DNA of 36,654 nucleotides from Thelocarpon superellum (Eukaryota): NCBI GenBank assembly GCA_026025795.1, contig JAPEUG010000146.1, positions 1 to 36,654 of the forward strand, read 5' to 3'. Shown piece by piece: positions 30,672 to 36,654 of this stretch (position 1 is its first letter; each line of letters starts with the position of its first letter). The notes under the pieces were generated by a model. It saw only the letters and a program-made list of their open reading frames with translations, ran no database searches and was not told where the DNA came from. The position numbers and the translations under genes were made by a program.

Positions 30672-33600
30672 GTTGCCGCGAGCCTCGGGCTCGAGTGCTC
30701 ACGCGGCAGTCGTGGGGAGAGACGCGGGAAGCGAAAAGTTGGGCCCAGGGTTTGCACAAGGGGAAAGAAAAGGGAGCAGGGTGAAGACCGAATGAGTTAT
30801 GGCCGAGCCTTGAAAGGAAAGCTGATCAGCATCGAGACGGACGAGGTGAGCAGGTGGCCCCGCGGCGCGGAGTCGAGAGGGCCCAAGGACGACAGAGAGG
30901 AGTGAGCGGGGCGAAGGGAATCAGAGTGTTTGAGACATGGGACGGGGAGGTATGAAAGAGTGGGGATCGGGGGGCAAGGAAGTGGTCCGGGTGGCGTGAT
31001 ATGGTGGGTCCGGACGAGGGTGGTCGTCGTGCGGGCACGGCGGTAGAAAAGTCTCCGGAGATAGCTCCATAGTCCACGATCCCGTCCCATCGATTGATAG
31101 GCCCGGTCAGAGGCACGGTCAGGTGCGGTAATAATGAATAAGGCCACGGCCGAGGGCTAGTAATGCCCGCCGGGGGAGCGTATGCCTGTGCGTGTGCCCG
31201 CCGTCGCACGCAGCGCAGCATGCTCCGTCGCACCGTCGAGGCCACCTCCTCCCGACCTCCGGGACTGCCTGGGACCTTCTCGAGCGTGCTGATTGGGCAG
31301 GGGGGAGGCGAGAAGGGGCCGGGGCGAGGAATGTCGAGGTATGGGGGACATCCGTGGCAGCGGCACCGGCACAGGGTCGGTGACGACGCGGCGGCGCCCT
31401 TCATGCGGGAGCGAGCGACGAGGACAGGGTACTCGTACCAAGCTTGGCCCTCCACATCGCGTCCGTCGATGGACCCTCGCACCCCCAGCGCTGGGAGGGA
31501 GGGTGGGGGCGCAGAGGGATTGGTGACGCAACTGGGACGAGTAGAGACAAGCCTGCCGGAGGTGCGGAGGCCGAGAAAGGCGGCGCCCAAGGGCGAGAGG
31601 GGACCGGAGACGGTATGCCACAGCTACTCGGTAGAATACGAGTCCGTCGGCGCCGCGCCCGCTACATCGCTAGCTACCCCATGGCGAGCAGTCACAGTTC
31701 GTGGCACATGGTGAGGACTGGTGCTAGGAGGATAGACTCTCGCCAAACCAGGGTCTATCGTGCCGGGTACGCAAGAAAAAGTGGGAAAGTGGGCAGCGTC
31801 GGCCGGTCGCTGCTTATGGCATTTCCCAACTTTGCGATAGTTACTCGGGGGACGGGTGGGGACTGGGGACGGGGATGTCTATCCCTTCGCTAAGGGTTCC
31901 GTCTATTCACGTCGAACTTCCGCATGCCCCCGCACAGCGCTCGGAGAATCCCTAGGCATGCTACCAAGGAACTACCGTCCAACAGAGATCGCCCCGGCTT
32001 TCTTCAGAGGTGAGGGTAGATGTTCTCACTCGTATGAACTCGCGATGAATAAGAGCGCTGGCAAGACTTGCTCGCCCCGTTGCTTCCCGGCCTGAGGCGC
32101 GCTCCCTCTCGCGGCTGGACGCCCGAGCACCTATGGGATGGCGCAGGACAAGAATGTGCGAGGATGCCAGCGAGCTTAGCCGCAGTACTGCAGCGCAGGC
32201 GGCCGCAATCGTCGCCATGGTCGAGTGACCGCCTGAAAGGTCAATGGCCCGACCCAGCCGTGCTCTGCTCGATCCCGCCCAGGCAGAAAAGAGCACAAGT
32301 CGGATCGTCGGTGGGGCAATGATGCGGGCCCTGCTTCGACAGCTGACTTTGAGGCAGACACTGAGTTGAAAAGTGGTCGATCGTCATCAGTCGCGCACGA
32401 CGCGCACGCTTCCGCTGCGACCATGCCTTCCCGAAGCTTCCGCAGTCCAGGATCAACTAGCTGCTGGTCACGTCATGGCAGGCTGCGAGCCAGCACGCGG
32501 CCAGGACCGAAGCGGGTGGGACCGACGCGAGGAAGGATCGGTGGGCGTCGCGTCCGTTGATGCGATCGATGCTAACATTTAGATCAGTACCTCGGGCCGC
32601 CGTGGCGGCAGCTTCGCCGTGGATCCTGCTCGCCAGCTTTGAGGTGCACCCCTCCACCTCCACCTCCACCTCCACTAGCCCCGCCCGCGCAAGCGGCCCA
32701 GACCCCTCCGTCAGACTGAACACAAGACCCTTGATTTACGATCAGTCCACGCACCAACACTATCTTAGTAGGAAAACCGGGTAGTGTGGCAGGAGTAGAC
32801 GTCATGTACACCTTTGCCCCAATCCGAAGAAGCACCCTTGTAGGCTCACCGGGCTGACTACGCGTACTCGTAACATCCTGGTGTGCCGCCGGGAGAAGGG
32901 ATCAGGCCACTGGCAGTTCTTCAAGGCATGGATGGGAACCTAGACGTGTGATGCCGTAGCGGCATCGTCCCACCCATCCCAGGAGCGCCCTCTTGCCGTC
33001 GCGTTTGCGACGCGCACCACTTTCTTCAGGGCCTGCCAGGAAGACCGGCATGTTGCACCAAGGCAAGCCTCCCAGCAGACGGCTTGCACAGTGCACACGA
33101 CATCTTTGTTGACAGGGAATAAGCAGTGCAAGGGAAGACGGCGCCGGGCACGCCTCGCGTTGGCCGGCCGGTGCGGTCGGCGCGGTTGGTTGACGGGTGC
33201 GGTATCACGCCCACGCCCACGCCTCCGCCTCCGCCTTCGCCGTTCGTGTGGACCGGCATGTGCGTCAAGGGAACGGGCCCGGCTACAGCTCAGGCTGCAG
33301 TTCGTACAACCACAAGCGCAGCGTCAGAACGCTACCCGGCGGGTGCGGTCGCCGCTCCCAGCGACCGACGTCGAGAGACCCACCGTCCCCATCCGTCTCG
33401 GCCTCCTTGTGCAGAGGGAGTGGCCATGCTGTGTGGCAGCCTGACGCTCATGGACCCCGACCATTCGTCCGACGCCGTGGACCCTCGCTCCCGTCCAATT
33501 TTCAGGGTGTCGGCATTGCCGCGACCCGATGCATCGTTTGGGGCCCGGCGGCTCCGGCAGTGCGTCAGCGGCTGCGGCGCAGTGGCAAAGGGTCGTGTGG

Positions 33601-34127
33601 ACGCCGGTCACATTGCACATCGCATGTCCGTGGACGCTAAAAGTGAAAAGGCGGCGCTTTCGGCCCAGACTAGCCCTCCTCCGCATGGCCCATCTTTTCC
33701 ACCCTAGTCTTCCCTTTCTCATCCCTGGTGCGGACGCTCGCGGACCCTCGCTCGGCGGGCCATTAATCACTGTAGCAGTTCTGGATGGCGCGCCCCATAC
33801 CACCGCCACGCTGCGCGGTCATGTATGCCTGTGATCTAGGCGATCTCGATCCTACATCACACGTGCCCCGCCCATACTACTTGTACGCTGTGGCGGTCTT
33901 TCAGACACAGTGGCGCCGGTCGCCATAAGGGACATTTTTTCTTCTCTCCCGGTCTTCAGATAGCGTGCCAGCACGTTGAGAGGGCCAAGATCATCGAACT
34001 ATGCTCACATTCACTTGCTGTCACGCATTACAGGGCGATTGACGTGCACCCTGCGTCTTGCCAGACGATGTTTTAAACCAAACCCGTCCTTGAACATCCT
34101 TTGTGTCATCCACTATGGGCTGGCTGA

Positions 34128-34211
34128 ACCGATCACCGATCACCAATCACCGATCACCGATCACCAATCACCGATCACCAATCACCGATCACCGATCATC
34201 AATCACCGATC
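34128..34211. repeat. 7-bp tandem repeat acc(g/a)atc x 12
   Basis: Units counted directly; two alternating variants (accgatc, accaatc) plus one atcaatc. Confidence 0.92.
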
Positions 34212-34936
34212 GAGAACGGCGCCAGCTGGTCGACTCGAGCCACTATGAAAGAGGAAGGGACTGACTTGAGGCACGGACCGTCCTGAGGCACGGAGATGTC
34301 TCCGCCCCGGAGGAAAGACCGATAAGTCTCCACGTGATCGGAGCCTGCCCCGCCTGGGCTCGAACAATGCCTTGAGCTCCGTCCTCATGTCGACGCCCGT
34401 AGGATGAGGGCATAGAGGTACTTGCACCAGTGCTGTCTCCTCTCGCGTTATCGACCAGCATACTCGTCACAGCAGGTACAGGGGAAGCTCTAGAGACGGA
34501 CGATCCCTGTCATGCCGCGCAGGGTGCCGCATCGACCTGCCTGGGAGTTGATCAAAAAAGGGTTTCGTACATGCATACATCGATGCGGGCCAGCTGGCAG
34601 CTCCCAATGTTGCAGCCTTGCGCAGATGTCCGTCGCGCCACGGAGTCGCCATTGTGGGTTGGGCTTGCTCCCACCCCCGAGGAACGTGATGAAATCTGGA
34701 GGCGTTTTCCGCATCTGCGAGGCTCTGAGGTCGCAAATAGAGGGCAAACTGACAACCCTTTGCGCCCTTCGGCTTGGTACTCTGGAGACAAGCTCAGGCC
34801 AGACCGCAGACAAGGTAGTGGCCACGGCATATCTCTTATTACGTCGCGGCTTTGCATCCCCAACCGATTAGCCCTCATGCACCGTGGTTCAGGTGCTGTC
34901 GGACGGGCTCGGTGGCAAATCGATATTACACGATCT

Positions 34937-36654
34937 TCAGGGGAGACCCCGGCCTGCATTGACGGCGTTGGCCAGTTGTGAGGTGTTCGGTCGGTTGTCT
35001 GCATCAGCATCGGGCCGGTTAGTCGACGGCTCGATCCGCGCGTCGGCGCGGGGTCAACGTACCGGCATAGCGCTCATAGCTGTCGAGATACAGGTCATCA
35101 GTCGACGTTGTCGCCCGGACCGCGTCGTGGCCCTCGATGGCGGTGACCCACAGACCCCACCGGCTGCCAGCTTCGGGGTCGGGCCAGCCACGATAGGGCT
35201 TCAGCACGCGCGAGAGTCGAAGCATCCACGGGGCGAACTGTATGTCCACGACGGAGATGGCGGGACCGAGGAAGAATGGACCTTGCCTGTCTGCGACGTC
35301 GACCACTTTCGAGATCTCGACCTTGAGCTCCTCCGCGTGCTCGACCTGCTTGCCCACGTCCTGTGTTTGCAGACATCGGTAAAAGCCAGGGATGATGTGC
35401 CGGTTGATCTGTTGCCGCATTCAGTACATGGCCACCCATTTCATTTGATGTAGGTTAGAGATACATGGTCTGACCACAAGCGGCAGTGCGCTCGAAGTTG
35501 CGCATCGCCTGTGGGTAAGAGCGCACTCCCCACCGCCAAGTCCTCGAGCTGCCGAGAGGTCAGTCGAAACCGGCGACATTCCGGCTGGTGTCACAGACGT
35601 ATTCTAAGAGGACAGTACTCTCATAGCAGCCCCAGTCGCCATGTCGCAGGGCCGGGACCAAGCCTCGTGGATTTACCTCCAGGAGCGAATCCGGCTTCTT
35701 GTATGGATCGACTTCGACGTACTGGTAGGGAATGCCTTTCACTTCAAGTGCGATCCAAATGCGCTGGACAAACGGACTGGGGCAGATGTTAGCCGGGATT
35801 GATCGTTTGGCTCAAGGAGACGGGCGACGACGTACCAGAAACAGCTCCCAAACAATTTCAGATCCGATTCCTTGGAGTGTTTCTTCACCGTGACCGAGGC
35901 CAGTCCTGTGGCTTTCTTGTGATAGGTTTTCTGTCAAGATTCCGTCAGGTCAGCGCTTCCCAACCGTTCGATAAGAGCAAGATGTCGCGTATGCGGACTC
36001 TTGCGCATCCATGGCCGATGGATTCGCCGTGCACCTCGAGCCCCTACTCATAATATCTGGGCGCAAGAGCAGAACGGCATCAGGTTTGGGAGTTGCATCC
36101 GTGACACACTCTTCAGGTGACATGATCCTGAACCCCAACTCCACACCGTGGATTGGCTCGATGACGTACAGCGCAGGTAGAAGAGGTCGGAGATGGGGGA
36201 GACGCACGGCGCTCACCTCCGACTTCTTCTTTTCCTTCTCCTCACGGATCGTATACCGTTGTACACTGTTCTTCTTAACTCGATCACTGTCGGCCAAGCT
36301 GTGCTTGTGTGGGCCCGCAACGCCGTCGCCCTTCCCGTTGCCACCGTTGCCATTGACGCGCTGGATGGTGTAATATCGTTGCTGAGCGGCCGCGGGAGCA
36401 TTGTCGACGGCAAACGAAGCATTGGGGGTCATCATGCCAAAGGGTTGCGCCGGCTGCAGCGGTGCACCGCCAGGCTGGCCTGGGGCGAAGAAGTTGTTGG
36501 TATTGTTCGCCTCGAGCGACGAGGCGCCGGGCGGCGTGAAAGCCTGCGGGACCACGGCGCCGGGAAAGTACTCGGTGATCTTGATCTTCACGTCGCAGAG
36601 GTCTCGTTCACGCGCCGTCCGTTTCCGCTTCTTCTTGTTCGGATCCTCGGACTT
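34937..36654 (-). CDS. Omega-like glutathione S-transferase with a spliced N-terminal basic Cys/His domain (5' end outside the window)
   Basis: Exons >36654-36217, 35930-35836, 35776-35599, 35548-35465, 35408-35063 and 34998-34937. GST motifs FCPFVQR, NPRGLVPAL, ESTVLLEYLED and GPFFLG..S.VD...APW. The upstream exon KKKRKRTARERDLCDVKIKITEY...HKH joins in phase 0 through a 286-nt intron. The GST part is more certain than the fusion junction. Confidence 0.85.

Noticed and set aside
34430..34981. 183-aa plus-strand ORF overlapping the GST 3' end
   Set aside because: GTG start, no domain and no clear coding bias.

Overview
GC-rich eukaryotic DNA from a filamentous ascomycete (Pezizomycotina), judged from short GT-AG introns with CTRAY-type branch points and from the gene content. 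I built spliced gene models by hand. Left to right: two decayed divergent pseudogenes (a metallophosphoesterase and an uncharacterised fungal family); an auxin-efflux-carrier/PIN-like transporter; a GPI-anchored Ser/Thr-rich wall protein; the spliceosome genes PRP31 and CLF1 head-to-head; a five-exon secreted deuterolysin (M35)-like protein lacking its HEXXH zinc motif; a kelch-like single-pass membrane protein; a head-to-head pair made of a HeLo-like/pseudokinase-like (DUF7580-type) gene and a ~1406-aa NLR (helical domain + C2H2-like fingers + NACHT + ankyrin), separated by an AGGGG/G4-rich minisatellite; an Nrg1-like C2H2 transcription factor; and a 5'-truncated gene that splices a basic Cys/His domain onto an omega-like glutathione transferase. 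The best candidate for an undescribed system is the NLR + HeLo-like/pseudokinase pair, which looks like a sensor/executor cell-death module. Family assignments come from remembered motifs, not database searches. Most long ORFs in the supplied track are GC-bias antisense shadows.
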